Shown one piece after another: positions 13,143 through 21,940 of a stretch of DNA of 64,000 nt; the first letter of the stretch is position 1; each line of letters opens with the position of its first letter. Origin of the DNA: Gammaproteobacteria bacterium (lineage in GTDB: Bacteria; Pseudomonadota; Gammaproteobacteria; Magnimaribacterales; D2472). A program made the translations under genes and the position numbers. The notes under the pieces were generated by a model that saw only the letters and a list, made by a program, of their open reading frames with translations, did not search any database and was not told the DNA's origin. Location: the NCBI GenBank assembly GCA_002721465.1, contig PBKO01000007.1, positions 56,501-120,500 on the forward strand. The letters are read 5' to 3'.

Positions 13143-13815
13143 TTCTGGTTTTACATTTAGGAGAGTCAGAGAAGAAATGATTGAAACCCTTTTAGAGTTG
13201 GGTATTAAAGATTTCAGAGTTTTAGATGCAATTTCCCAAATTCCAAGACATATATTCGTTGATGAAGCGCTATGGTCTAGAGCATATGAAAATAGGTCCT
13301 TAACTATAGGTTACAAACAAACTATTTCACAACCATATATAGTTGCAAGAATGACAGAATTATTAATTTCTCATACAAATGGGAGGGGTAAAGTTTTTGA
13401 AGACCTTTTAGAGATTGGTTCTGGCTGTGGATATCAATCCGCAGTTCTATCTTTCTTTAGCGAAAGAGTTGACTCAATAGAAAGAATCAAACCTTTAGTT
13501 CAAAAATCTAGAGAAAATTTAGCACATCTTAAAATCAACAATATTTTATTTAATTACGGAGATGGTTATCAGGATTGGGATAAGGAGAAAAAGTACGATG
13601 GTATTTTATGTGCTGCTGCGCCAAGAGCATATCCACATGATCTTATTGATCTTCTCAAAAACGATGCAAAATTAGTAATTCCTGTAGGAGGCTCTGAACA
13701 AAAATTAAATGTTATCCTAAAAGCCAAAGAAGATGAAATAAAAGAACAAGAATATGAAGATGTATCTTTTGTGCCTATGTTGGCAGGAAAATCAGATGAT
13801 GGAAATGATGTATGA
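13135..13815 (+). CDS. pcm: Protein-L-isoaspartate O-methyltransferase
   Basis: TISQPY and the SAM motif LEIGSGCGYQ. Lies downstream of surE. Confidence 0.9.
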   Translation: MNSSGFTFRRVREEMIETLLELGIKDFRVLDAISQIPRHIFVDEALWSRAYENRSLTIGYKQTISQPYIVARMTELLISHTNGRGKVFEDLLEIGSGCGYQSAVLSFFSERVDSIERIKPLVQKSRENLAHLKINNILFNYGDGYQDWDKEKKYDGILCAAAPRAYPHDLIDLLKNDAKLVIPVGGSEQKLNVILKAKEDEIKEQEYEDVSFVPMLAGKSDDGNDV

Positions 13816-14552
13816 AAGAGAAAGCTAAATTCTTTATAGCAGGAATTTTTATTGGTTTATCGGAACTACTTCCAGGTATATCTGGAGCTACAGTTGCACT
13901 GATGTTTGGTGTTTACGAAAAATTACTAGATTTCTTAAGAAAATTTAAAAATTCAAATCTCATAATACCTCTTTTATTTGGCATGATTTTAAGTGTATTT
14001 TTATTTTCTTCTTTAATTGATTTTTTATATCAGAGCTATACTAAGACATTTAATATTTTAATTGCCATCCTAATGGTAGGATATGGAATTTTTTTAGTTA
14101 TAAATACATTCATCAATGGAGACATAAATAAGGGTAAATCATTTTATGTATGCATTATAATTTCCATATTGATTGGATTTTCATTGAGTGGATTTTATAT
14201 GTCAGGTGCATATCCTCCTGAAGGTCCTTTTATGCCATCTTCAGCTGCCTTAATTTTATTTGGTTTTTTTGCATGTTCATTCCTACTTTTTCCTGGAATT
14301 TCAGGGAGCGCTTTTTTATTAGCTGTAGGCATCTATCCACTAATAATTGGCAGTATTTCAGGTTTAAACTTTGAGATTTTATACCTTTTTTTTATTGGAA
14401 TGATTATTTCATTAATTCTTATGCCAAGATTAATCAATAAAGCTTACATAAGATTTGGAAATATGATGCTAGTATTCTTTGGAGGATTAATCTTTGCAGC
14501 AGGCATTGACAGCCTTATTTCAATAATAGTGTCTAACCCAGAAGTATATTAG
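13812..14552 (+). CDS. DUF368-family polytopic membrane protein (family recently linked to undecaprenyl-phosphate recycling)
   Basis: Duplicated LPGISG(A/S) motif (LPGISGATVAL and FPGISGSAFLL) in a ~8-TM protein, characteristic of DUF368. Confidence 0.65.
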   Translation: MKEKAKFFIAGIFIGLSELLPGISGATVALMFGVYEKLLDFLRKFKNSNLIIPLLFGMILSVFLFSSLIDFLYQSYTKTFNILIAILMVGYGIFLVINTFINGDINKGKSFYVCIIISILIGFSLSGFYMSGAYPPEGPFMPSSAALILFGFFACSFLLFPGISGSAFLLAVGIYPLIIGSISGLNFEILYLFFIGMIISLILMPRLINKAYIRFGNMMLVFFGGLIFAAGIDSLISIIVSNPEVY

Positions 14553-14564
14553 ATTGTCTTTTAA

Positions 14565-15170
14565 TTATTTTAAGGTTTTGATTTGTACATCTAAGAATTT
14601 ATTCTTTTGAAGAAATTCCATAATTTTCATTGCCCATTCGTGATATGCCTTGCCCTCTACATTAAGATTGACAATATTATCTTTATTCAGATTATCTAAA
14701 AGAGTATTTTCAAAAATTAAGTTATCCATATTAGAAAGTTCATCAATTTTGAATTTTGAATTATTAATAATCATTTCTCCATTATCATAAAGCAATATCG
14801 TATTTGAAAATTCACTAGGTGACATTGTTTCATTTTGATTGTTAATGCCAATATTTAAAAATTCTCTTTTATTCTCTAAATCTTTAAAGTGATCAGCATC
14901 AGGAAGTGGTTCTTTAGCCTCGGTTATATTTTCATAAACATCAGCAAGTCTTGCATTTATTTCAACAAATTCGATTTGGTTTGCTGGTAATTCATCATCC
15001 GCAAATATTGCCTCAATAGGGCACTCTGGTTCACAAAGACCACAGTCAATGCATTCATCTGGATGTATTACCAAAAACTCAGGACCTTCATAAAAACAAT
15101 CGACAGGACAAACCTCTACACAGTCAGTGTATTTACACTTTATGCATGATTCTGTTACTACGTATGTCAT
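14565..15170 (-). CDS. fdxA: 7Fe (3Fe-4S + 4Fe-4S) FdxA-type ferredoxin with a ~95-aa C-terminal extension
   Basis: Residues 1-~105 align with Azotobacter/Pseudomonas FdxA ([43 protein letters not shown]). Residues ~106-201 are N/I/K-rich with no family I recognise. Confidence 0.8.
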   Translation of the reverse strand: MTYVVTESCIKCKYTDCVEVCPVDCFYEGPEFLVIHPDECIDCGLCEPECPIEAIFADDELPANQIEFVEINARLADVYENITEAKEPLPDADHFKDLENKREFLNIGINNQNETMSPSEFSNTILLYDNGEMIINNSKFKIDELSNMDNLIFENTLLDNLNKDNIVNLNVEGKAYHEWAMKIMEFLQKNKFLDVQIKTLK

Positions 15171-15251
15171 AATTGCTAGAGAATTAATGATTTTAACCTA
15201 CTGATGTTTAAATTTACACAAAACTATTTAAAAAAATGAAAAATTACTATA

Positions 15252-15271
15252 TACTGTATAAATATACAGTA
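15252..15271 (+). promoter_or_regulatory. LexA operator (SOS box) upstream of recA
   Basis: TACTGTATAAATATACAGTA fits CTGT-N8-ACAG and is palindromic except for the central 2 nt. It ends 16 nt before the recA ATG. The SD AAGGAG lies at 15276-15281. Confidence 0.8.
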
Positions 15272-15287
15272 AATCAAGGAGTTTATT

Positions 15288-16295
15288 ATGCCTAAATCAA
15301 AAGACACTACCTCGAAATCACTTAAGGATACTCTTGCGGATATAGACAGCCATTTCGGAAAGGGAACTGTTATGAGGATGGGTGATCGAGAAAATTTAGA
15401 TATTCCCTCAATTTCAACAGGATCCTTAGGTCTCGATATTGCCTTAGGAATTGGTGGTATTCCAAAAGGTAGAGTTACAGAGATATATGGACCTGAATCT
15501 TCTGGTAAAACAACATTAACACTTCAAATAATTGCTCAATGTCAAAAAGAAGGAGGTACATGCGCTTTTATAGATGCTGAGCATGCTTTAGATCCTCAGT
15601 ATGCTGAAAAGCTAGGTGTAAACGTAGATGAATTACTTTTATCTCAACCCGATACTGGTGAGCAAGCTTTAGAAGTTGCTGATATGCTCGTAAAGTCTAA
15701 AAGTGTAGATTTAGTAATAATTGATTCTGTGGCCGCTCTTGTACCTAGAGCTGAAATAGAGGGCGAAATGGGTGATCATCATGTTGGTCTCCAAGCTAGA
15801 CTTATGTCACAAGCACTCAGAAAAATAACTGGAAATATTCAACGATCAGGTGCAACTGTTGTTTTTATAAATCAAATAAGAATGAAAATAGGAGTTATGT
15901 TTGGAAGTCCAGAAACAACAACAGGTGGTAATGCTCTTAAATTCTATTCATCAGTTAGACTCGATATAAGAAGAATTGGTGCTGTAAAAGAAGGCGATGA
16001 GGTAATGGGAAATGAAACGCGAGTAAAAGTTGTTAAAAATAAAGTTTCGCCGCCCTTTAAACAAGCAGAATTTCAAATAATTTATGGTCAAGGAATTAAT
16101 CAAGAAGGTGAGATTCTTGATTATGGAAATAAAATAGGATTAGTTGATAAGTCTGGTGCATTTTATAAGTTAGATGGTGAAAGCATTGGACAAGGAAAGG
16201 TTAAAGCAAGCTTATTTCTTAAAGAGAATAGTAAAGTTAGAGATAAGTTAGTTAAAGAAATTCGTTCATCTTATATTTCCCCTAAAACTAAGTAA
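15288..16295 (+). CDS. recA: Recombinase RecA (no acidic C-terminal tail)
   Basis: Walker [10 protein letters not shown]. Strong end-to-end RecA pattern. Confidence 0.97.
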   Translation: MPKSKDTTSKSLKDTLADIDSHFGKGTVMRMGDRENLDIPSISTGSLGLDIALGIGGIPKGRVTEIYGPESSGKTTLTLQIIAQCQKEGGTCAFIDAEHALDPQYAEKLGVNVDELLLSQPDTGEQALEVADMLVKSKSVDLVIIDSVAALVPRAEIEGEMGDHHVGLQARLMSQALRKITGNIQRSGATVVFINQIRMKIGVMFGSPETTTGGNALKFYSSVRLDIRRIGAVKEGDEVMGNETRVKVVKNKVSPPFKQAEFQIIYGQGINQEGEILDYGNKIGLVDKSGAFYKLDGESIGQGKVKASLFLKENSKVRDKLVKEIRSSYISPKTK

Positions 16296-16310
16296 TTAGT
16301 TTTTTGATAT

Positions 16311-16346
16311 AATTCCTATTAATATTACTTTAATAGGAATTTTTTT
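16311..16346 (+). terminator. Putative intrinsic terminator after recA
   Basis: A perfect 12-bp inverted repeat AATTCCTATTAA / TTAATAGGAATT has a 7-nt loop. A T-run follows and abuts the next ATG. The stem is AT-rich with only 2 G:C pairs. Confidence 0.5.
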
Positions 16347-17525
16347 ATGGCAGAAAAAGCATATATTGTGGAGGCAGTGAGAACTGCCGGTGGTAAAAAG
16401 GATGGCTTGCTAAGCAAATGGCATCCCTCAGACTTGGGTGCAAAAGTTCTTGATGAAATAGTAAATCGTCTTGACATGGATCCAGCCCTTGTAGATGACG
16501 TCATATTTGGATGTGTTGATCAAGTCGGTGCTCAATCTGGTAATGTGGCAAGAAACGCTGTTTTATCTTCATCTTATCCAGAATCAGTTCCTGGGACTTC
16601 TGTTGATAGGCAATGTGGCTCGTCTCAACAAGCAATACACTTTGCTATACAGGCTGTAATGTCTGGAACCCAAGATATAGTTATTGGTGGTGGCGTTGAA
16701 GTAATGTCCATAGTTCCTATTGGAGCATCGGTAATTGATGGTATGGATGCTGGTCATGGTTTTCCCTTTGATTCAAATGGAATGAAGGAAAGATATCCTG
16801 GAGTATTTTTTTCACAATTTACAGGTGCTGAACTTGTTGCAAAAAAGTGGAATTTATCAAGAGAAGATTTAGATCAATTCGCATTGGAAAGTCATCAAAA
16901 GGCTGTAATTGCTACAGAATCAAATTTTTTTGATAAAGAAATACTACCCATTAAAGCAAGAAATGATAAAGGTATTGAAGACTTGGTTATGATTGATGAA
17001 GGTATAAGATTTGATGCGAGTTTAGATAAATTGGCTGGACTTAAACCGGTTTCAGACGGTGGAGTAATAACAGCTGGTAATGCCAGTCAAATTACAGATG
17101 GAGCTGCAGCTGTTTTAGTTTGTAATGAAGAAGGCCTTAAAAAAATTAGTGCTACACCTAGGGCTGAAATAGTCTCAATTTCTGTAGTTGGAGATGATCC
17201 AGTTTACATGCTAACTGGTCCAATACCCGCATCCTTTAAAGCATTAGACACGGCAAGCTTAAGCATAAATGATATGGATATATATGAAGTTAATGAGGCT
17301 TTTGCTCCAGTTCCATTAGCTTGGGCAACTGAACTAAAAGCTGATAGGACAAAATTAAATGTTAATGGTGGTGCTATGGCTTTAGGACATCCTCTAGGCG
17401 CTACTGGTGCAAAGTTAATGACCACAATGTTGCATGAGCTTGAAAGAAGAAATGGCAAGTATGCGCTTCAAGCGATCTGTGAGGGTGGAGGCACAGCTAA
17501 CGCAACTATTATAAAAAGAGTTTAA
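16347..17525 (+). CDS. Acetyl-CoA C-acyltransferase (thiolase)
   Basis: Active-site Cys motif VDRQCGSSQQAI, plus NVNGGAMALGHPLGATG and CEGGGTANA. Confidence 0.9.
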   Translation: MAEKAYIVEAVRTAGGKKDGLLSKWHPSDLGAKVLDEIVNRLDMDPALVDDVIFGCVDQVGAQSGNVARNAVLSSSYPESVPGTSVDRQCGSSQQAIHFAIQAVMSGTQDIVIGGGVEVMSIVPIGASVIDGMDAGHGFPFDSNGMKERYPGVFFSQFTGAELVAKKWNLSREDLDQFALESHQKAVIATESNFFDKEILPIKARNDKGIEDLVMIDEGIRFDASLDKLAGLKPVSDGGVITAGNASQITDGAAAVLVCNEEGLKKISATPRAEIVSISVVGDDPVYMLTGPIPASFKALDTASLSINDMDIYEVNEAFAPVPLAWATELKADRTKLNVNGGAMALGHPLGATGAKLMTTMLHELERRNGKYALQAICEGGGTANATIIKRV

Positions 17526-17527
17526 TA

Positions 17528-17818
17528 TTATTCTTCCCAATCAAACTTAGGTAATTCTTTGAACAAATTTCTTAATCCTTCAGACCATTTACTGGAAAGA
17601 TCTGAGAAAAAAGGTGTTTTGAATTGAAGATGTTCTTCTTGAGAAATTTGAATAGTGTCTTTTTTGTAGACAATTAAATCTATTGGCGGGCCCACACTTA
17701 AATCACTTTTCATAGTAGTATCAAATGAAACAAGCGCACATCTTGCGGCATCACCTAAGGAAGTATCGTTTCTTATTAATCTATCTGATGAAGAAATTAA
17801 TGAGAGGTTCTTTTCGTA
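17528..17818 (-). pseudogene. C-terminal remnant of a proteasome-type (Anbu/COG3484-like) protease
   Basis: The frame is open for 96 codons from the proS stop. SDRLIRNDTSLGDAARCALVSFDTTMKSDLSVGPPIDLIVYKKD...WSEGLRNLFKELPKFDW resembles, from memory, the C-terminal third of bacterial Anbu proteins. The N-terminal ~150 aa with the catalytic Thr are absent. The internal Met ORF is only 61 aa. Confidence 0.35.
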
Positions 17819-19096
17819 CTAATTTTTAAAAAAGTTTAAGATGGTTTTAACATCATCAACTGGATTCATTGATTTATCACCATTTCTTGCGATTAGCTCT
17901 ATCTCTTTATTATCAATATAATTTTTTCCAATAATTATATTTAACGGAATACCTATAAGTTCTGAGTCTTTGATTTTTGAACCATAACCAACGTTTCTGT
18001 CATCAAGAAGAACTGAGTAATTCATTTTTGTGAGCTGATCATACAAACTTTTTGCTGTTTCAGTTATTTCCTTTTCTTTGTTATGACCGATAGAAATAAT
18101 ATTTATATCAAAAGGAGATATATTATGAGGCCAAATTATTCCTTTTTCATCATAGTTTTGCTCTATAGCGGCAGCAACTAATCTTGAGACACCGATACCA
18201 TAACAGCCCATGTGTAATGTTGAGGCTTTGCCATCAGCATTCAAAACGTTTGCTTTCATTGATTCAGAATATAGTTTACCCAGTTTAAATATATGACCAA
18301 CTTCGATACCTTTTTTTATCTGAATTATACCTTTCCCATCCGGTGACGGCTTCCCTTCAAGTGAGTCTATATCTTCGCCCTCAGAAAGCAAAAGCTCTGT
18401 ATTTATTGCAAATTCAGAAGCATCACTTATAGCAATTGTATCTTCTCCATTCTCAGCTAATACATGGAATTCCTCAGAGCTATCACCTCCAATTGCACCT
18501 GAGTCTGCTTTTGAAATCTTAAAATCAAGCCCAATTCTGTTAAAAATTTTTTTATATGTTTCTCGCATTAAAATATACGTTTCTTGAAGGGATGACTCAT
18601 CAATATTAAAACTATAAGAGTCTTTCATCAGAAATTCTCTTCCTCTCATGATTCCATATCTTGGCCTCACCTCATCCCTAAATTTAGTTTGTATTTGATA
18701 AATATTTAAAGGAAGTTGTTTATAGCTTTTTACATTATTTCTAATAATATCTGTAATAACTTCTTCATGTGTTGGACCTAAACAAAAGTCTCTTTCATGC
18801 CTATCCTTAATTCTCAGTAATTCAGGACCCATTTTGTCCCATCTTTTAGTTTCATCCCATAATTCTTTTGGTTGAACCATAGGCATAAAAACCTCTTGAG
18901 CACCAGATTCATCCATTTCTTCTCTAATAATATTTTCAATTTTTTTTAAGACTTTTAGTCCTAATGGCAACCAAGTATATATACCCGAGGCAGCTTTTCT
19001 AATCATGCCAGCACGAAGCATTAATTTATGACTAATTATTTCGGCTTCTTGAGGAGCATCCTTAAGTGTTGGTATTAGTAGATTTGAAAACAACAT
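17819..19096 (-). CDS. proS: Prolyl-tRNA synthetase, short form without INS editing domain
   Basis: Class II motifs FRDEVRPRYGIMRGREFLMKDSYSF and GCYGIGVSRLVAAAIE are ~130 aa apart. Total length is 425 aa. Confidence 0.9.
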   Translation of the reverse strand: MLFSNLLIPTLKDAPQEAEIISHKLMLRAGMIRKAASGIYTWLPLGLKVLKKIENIIREEMDESGAQEVFMPMVQPKELWDETKRWDKMGPELLRIKDRHERDFCLGPTHEEVITDIIRNNVKSYKQLPLNIYQIQTKFRDEVRPRYGIMRGREFLMKDSYSFNIDESSLQETYILMRETYKKIFNRIGLDFKISKADSGAIGGDSSEEFHVLAENGEDTIAISDASEFAINTELLLSEGEDIDSLEGKPSPDGKGIIQIKKGIEVGHIFKLGKLYSESMKANVLNADGKASTLHMGCYGIGVSRLVAAAIEQNYDEKGIIWPHNISPFDINIISIGHNKEKEITETAKSLYDQLTKMNYSVLLDDRNVGYGSKIKDSELIGIPLNIIIGKNYIDNKEIELIARNGDKSMNPVDDVKTILNFFKN

Positions 19097-19127
19097 AGTT
19101 TATAATTTTATCTTTTTTTGAGAACTT

Positions 19128-19418
19128 ATGCCGATTTATGACTACAAATGTTCAATATGCGAACACCAATTAGAATTAATTCATAAAATAAATGAAAAAC
19201 CAAGTGAAATTTGTCCAAAATGTAAAAAGAAATCCTTAAAAAAGTTAGTTTCTGCACCATCTTTTAGATTAAAAGGTGGAGGTTGGTATGAAACCGACTT
19301 TAAAACAGGTAAAAAGAGAAATATTTTGAAGAGCGAGCCCTCTAAAGTGCATAAATCAGAAGAAACTTCTAAAACAAACTCCAAGAAAGACTCTAAACAA
19401 GATAAAATTAAGAAATAG
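19128..19418 (+). CDS. FmdB-family zinc-ribbon protein
   Basis: MPIYDYKCSICEH...CPKCKKKSLKKLVSAPSFRLKGGGWYETDFK has the CxxC...CxxC pattern of the family. Lies upstream of aspS. Confidence 0.7.
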   Translation: MPIYDYKCSICEHQLELIHKINEKPSEICPKCKKKSLKKLVSAPSFRLKGGGWYETDFKTGKKRNILKSEPSKVHKSEETSKTNSKKDSKQDKIKK

Positions 19419-19430
19419 ATAGGGAAAAAA

Positions 19431-21197
19431 ATGAAATCTAATTATTGTGGTGAAATTACATCATTAAATTTAAATGAAGAGGTTACAATTTGTGGCTGGA
19501 TCCACAGAAGAAGGGATCATGGTGGAGTAATATTTCTTGATGTAAGAGATATAAAAGGTATATGTCAAGCAGTTGTCAATCCTGATAATCAACAATCTTT
19601 TCAACTAGCTGAAACCATAAGAAATGAATTTGTTGTTCAGATCAGTGGAATTGTTCGAAGCAGGCTTGAAGGAACAGTTAACAAAAATATGCATACAGGT
19701 GAAATTGAAATTGAAGTAAAAAATATAAATATCTTAAGCAAAGCAAATACTCCTGTATTTCCAATAGATGAATATCAAGAAGTTAATGAAGATGTGAGAT
19801 TAAAAAACAGAGTTCTGGATCTCCGAAGGCCTGAAATGAACGAAAGAATTATTACAAGATCTAAAATTACCTCTCTAGTACGAAATTATTTAGACAAAAA
19901 TGGCTTTCATGAGATAGAGACACCAATCTTAACAAAAGCTACTCCAGAAGGTGCAAGAGATTATATTCTCCCCAGTAGAGTTCAACCTGGAAGCTTTTAT
20001 GCTTTGCCTCAATCTCCTCAACTTTTTAAGCAGTTGCTTATGATAGGTGGGCTTGATAAATATTATCAGATTGCAAGATGTTTCCGAGATGAAGATTTAA
20101 GAGCTGATAGACAACCAGAATTTACACAGATTGATATTGAAGCATCATTTGTAGATCAAGATGAGATAATCGAATTAAGTGAAAAAATGATTAAAAAAAT
20201 CATTAAAGAATTTTGCAATGAAAAACTAGATAAATTTGCGGTAATAGATTGGCATAAGGCAATGCATGATTATGGCTGTGATAAGCCAGATCTTAGAATA
20301 CCTTTAAAGCTAATAGAGGTTTCAGAACTTGTAAAAGAAGAAGAATTTAAAGTCTTCTCTGAACCAGCAAGAAAATTAAATTCAAGAGTAGTTGCTCTAA
20401 AAGTCCCAAAAGGAAATTCACTTTCTAGAGGACAAATAGATGATTACACTAAATTTGTTTCTAAACTGGGCGCAAAGGGTTTGGCATATATAAAAATAAA
20501 TAATGTTGAAGATTTTGAAAATGGCATTCAATCTCCAATTTTAAAGTTTTTAAATAATAAAACGGTTAAAAATATTATTAAAAATTTAGAGGCTGAAACT
20601 GGAGATTTAATATTTTTTGGAGCTGGTTCGTCAGCTGTTGTAAATCTATCAATGAGCAGCCTTATTAAAAAACTAGGAGAAGATTTAAATTTATATGTAA
20701 CTAAGTGGGCACCTTGTTGGATTATAAATTTTCCTATGTTTGAATTAAACAATGAAGGTAACCTGACTCCACTTCATCATCCTTTCACATTACCAAAATG
20801 CTCGAAAAAAGATATTTTAGAAAAACCAGAAGATGCAATTGCTCATGCTTATGATGTTGTATTAAATGGTTACGAGATCGGTGGAGGGTCACTAAGAATA
20901 TATGATAAGAGTATGCAACAGACAATCTTTGATATTTTGAACATTACTAAAGAGGATGCAGAGAATAAATTTGGATTTCTTTTAAGAGCTCTTTCATCGG
21001 GGTGTCCACCTCATGGAGGAATTGCTTTTGGGCTAGATAGAATTGTTATGTTGGTATCTGACACCACTAATATTAGAGATGTTATAGCATTTCCAAAAAC
21101 TCAAAGTGCGACATGTTTGCTAACAGATGCGCCAAGTAAAGTTGAAAAAAAACAACTTGAAGAACTTAAAATAAAAAGCATATTTAAGGAAGAATAA
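19431..21197 (+). CDS. aspS: Aspartyl-tRNA synthetase
   Basis: Motif 2 [18 protein letters not shown] and motif 3 [12 protein letters not shown]. Bacterial-type insertion domain is present. Confidence 0.95.
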   Translation: MKSNYCGEITSLNLNEEVTICGWIHRRRDHGGVIFLDVRDIKGICQAVVNPDNQQSFQLAETIRNEFVVQISGIVRSRLEGTVNKNMHTGEIEIEVKNINILSKANTPVFPIDEYQEVNEDVRLKNRVLDLRRPEMNERIITRSKITSLVRNYLDKNGFHEIETPILTKATPEGARDYILPSRVQPGSFYALPQSPQLFKQLLMIGGLDKYYQIARCFRDEDLRADRQPEFTQIDIEASFVDQDEIIELSEKMIKKIIKEFCNEKLDKFAVIDWHKAMHDYGCDKPDLRIPLKLIEVSELVKEEEFKVFSEPARKLNSRVVALKVPKGNSLSRGQIDDYTKFVSKLGAKGLAYIKINNVEDFENGIQSPILKFLNNKTVKNIIKNLEAETGDLIFFGAGSSAVVNLSMSSLIKKLGEDLNLYVTKWAPCWIINFPMFELNNEGNLTPLHHPFTLPKCSKKDILEKPEDAIAHAYDVVLNGYEIGGGSLRIYDKSMQQTIFDILNITKEDAENKFGFLLRALSSGCPPHGGIAFGLDRIVMLVSDTTNIRDVIAFPKTQSATCLLTDAPSKVEKKQLEELKIKSIFKEE

Positions 21198-21200
21198 TCT

Positions 21201-21938
21201 ATGGCTGGTCATTCAAAATGGGCAAATATAAAGCATAGAAAAGCAAGGCAAGATGCCTCCAGAGGTAAAGTTTGGACAAAAGTTATTAGAGAAATCACAG
21301 TTGCAGCTAAAGACGGCCCTGATCCAAACGACAACCCAAGACTAAGATTGGCACTAGAAAAAGCAAATACTGCAAATATGCCTAAAGATAATATTAAAAG
21401 AGCGATTGAAAAAGGTTCAGGGACTGGCGAATCAGGAGCTCTAGAAGAAATTATATTTGAGGGTTATGGTCCTGGTGGGGTTGCAATCTTAGTTGAAACT
21501 ATGTCGGACAATAGAAATAGAACAGTTTCAGATGTAAGACATGCTTTCTCAAAGTTTGGTGGTAATCTCGGTACGGATGGATCAGTTTCATATCTATTTA
21601 AAAAACTTGGAATAATTCATATAAGCAAAGACTTTTCTGAAGAGAAACTAATGGAAATAGTTATTGAATCAGGTGCTGACGATGTTACTCAAGAAGAAGA
21701 TTTTTATGAAGTAACTACTGAGTCCAATAATTTCAATAAAGTTTTAGATGTCTTTAAACATTATGAGGTTAATTATATAAATGCTGAATTAACCCTGAGA
21801 GCTGAAACCTCTATAAATCTTGATGAAGAAATGTCTGAAAAAGTTTTCAATATTATGGAGTTTATGGATAATCTTGATGATGTACAAGAAGTTCATACAA
21901 ATGGTGAATTTCCAGAAGACTTTGAGGTTAAAGGTTAA
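21201..21938 (+). CDS. yebC: YebC/PmpR-family transcriptional regulator
   Basis: MAGHSKWANIKHRKARQD is the canonical N-terminus. Confidence 0.9.
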   Translation: MAGHSKWANIKHRKARQDASRGKVWTKVIREITVAAKDGPDPNDNPRLRLALEKANTANMPKDNIKRAIEKGSGTGESGALEEIIFEGYGPGGVAILVETMSDNRNRTVSDVRHAFSKFGGNLGTDGSVSYLFKKLGIIHISKDFSEEKLMEIVIESGADDVTQEEDFYEVTTESNNFNKVLDVFKHYEVNYINAELTLRAETSINLDEEMSEKVFNIMEFMDNLDDVQEVHTNGEFPEDFEVKG

Positions 21939-21940
21939 TT

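Noticed and set aside
14565-14850. The tail of the long ferredoxin (…[34 protein letters not shown]) looked vaguely like the ExbD/TolR periplasmic domain pattern.
   Set aside because: The resemblance is a short hydrophobic-periodicity pattern only. A periplasmic-type domain on a cytoplasmic ferredoxin makes little sense. It needs profile or structure evidence before any claim.
17819-17821. The proS TAG stop is in frame with the downstream Anbu-like remnant, raising the idea of stop-codon read-through or a fusion.
   Set aside because: There is a one-in-three chance of a shared frame. ProRS ends at its normal C-terminus, and no read-through signal is recognisable.
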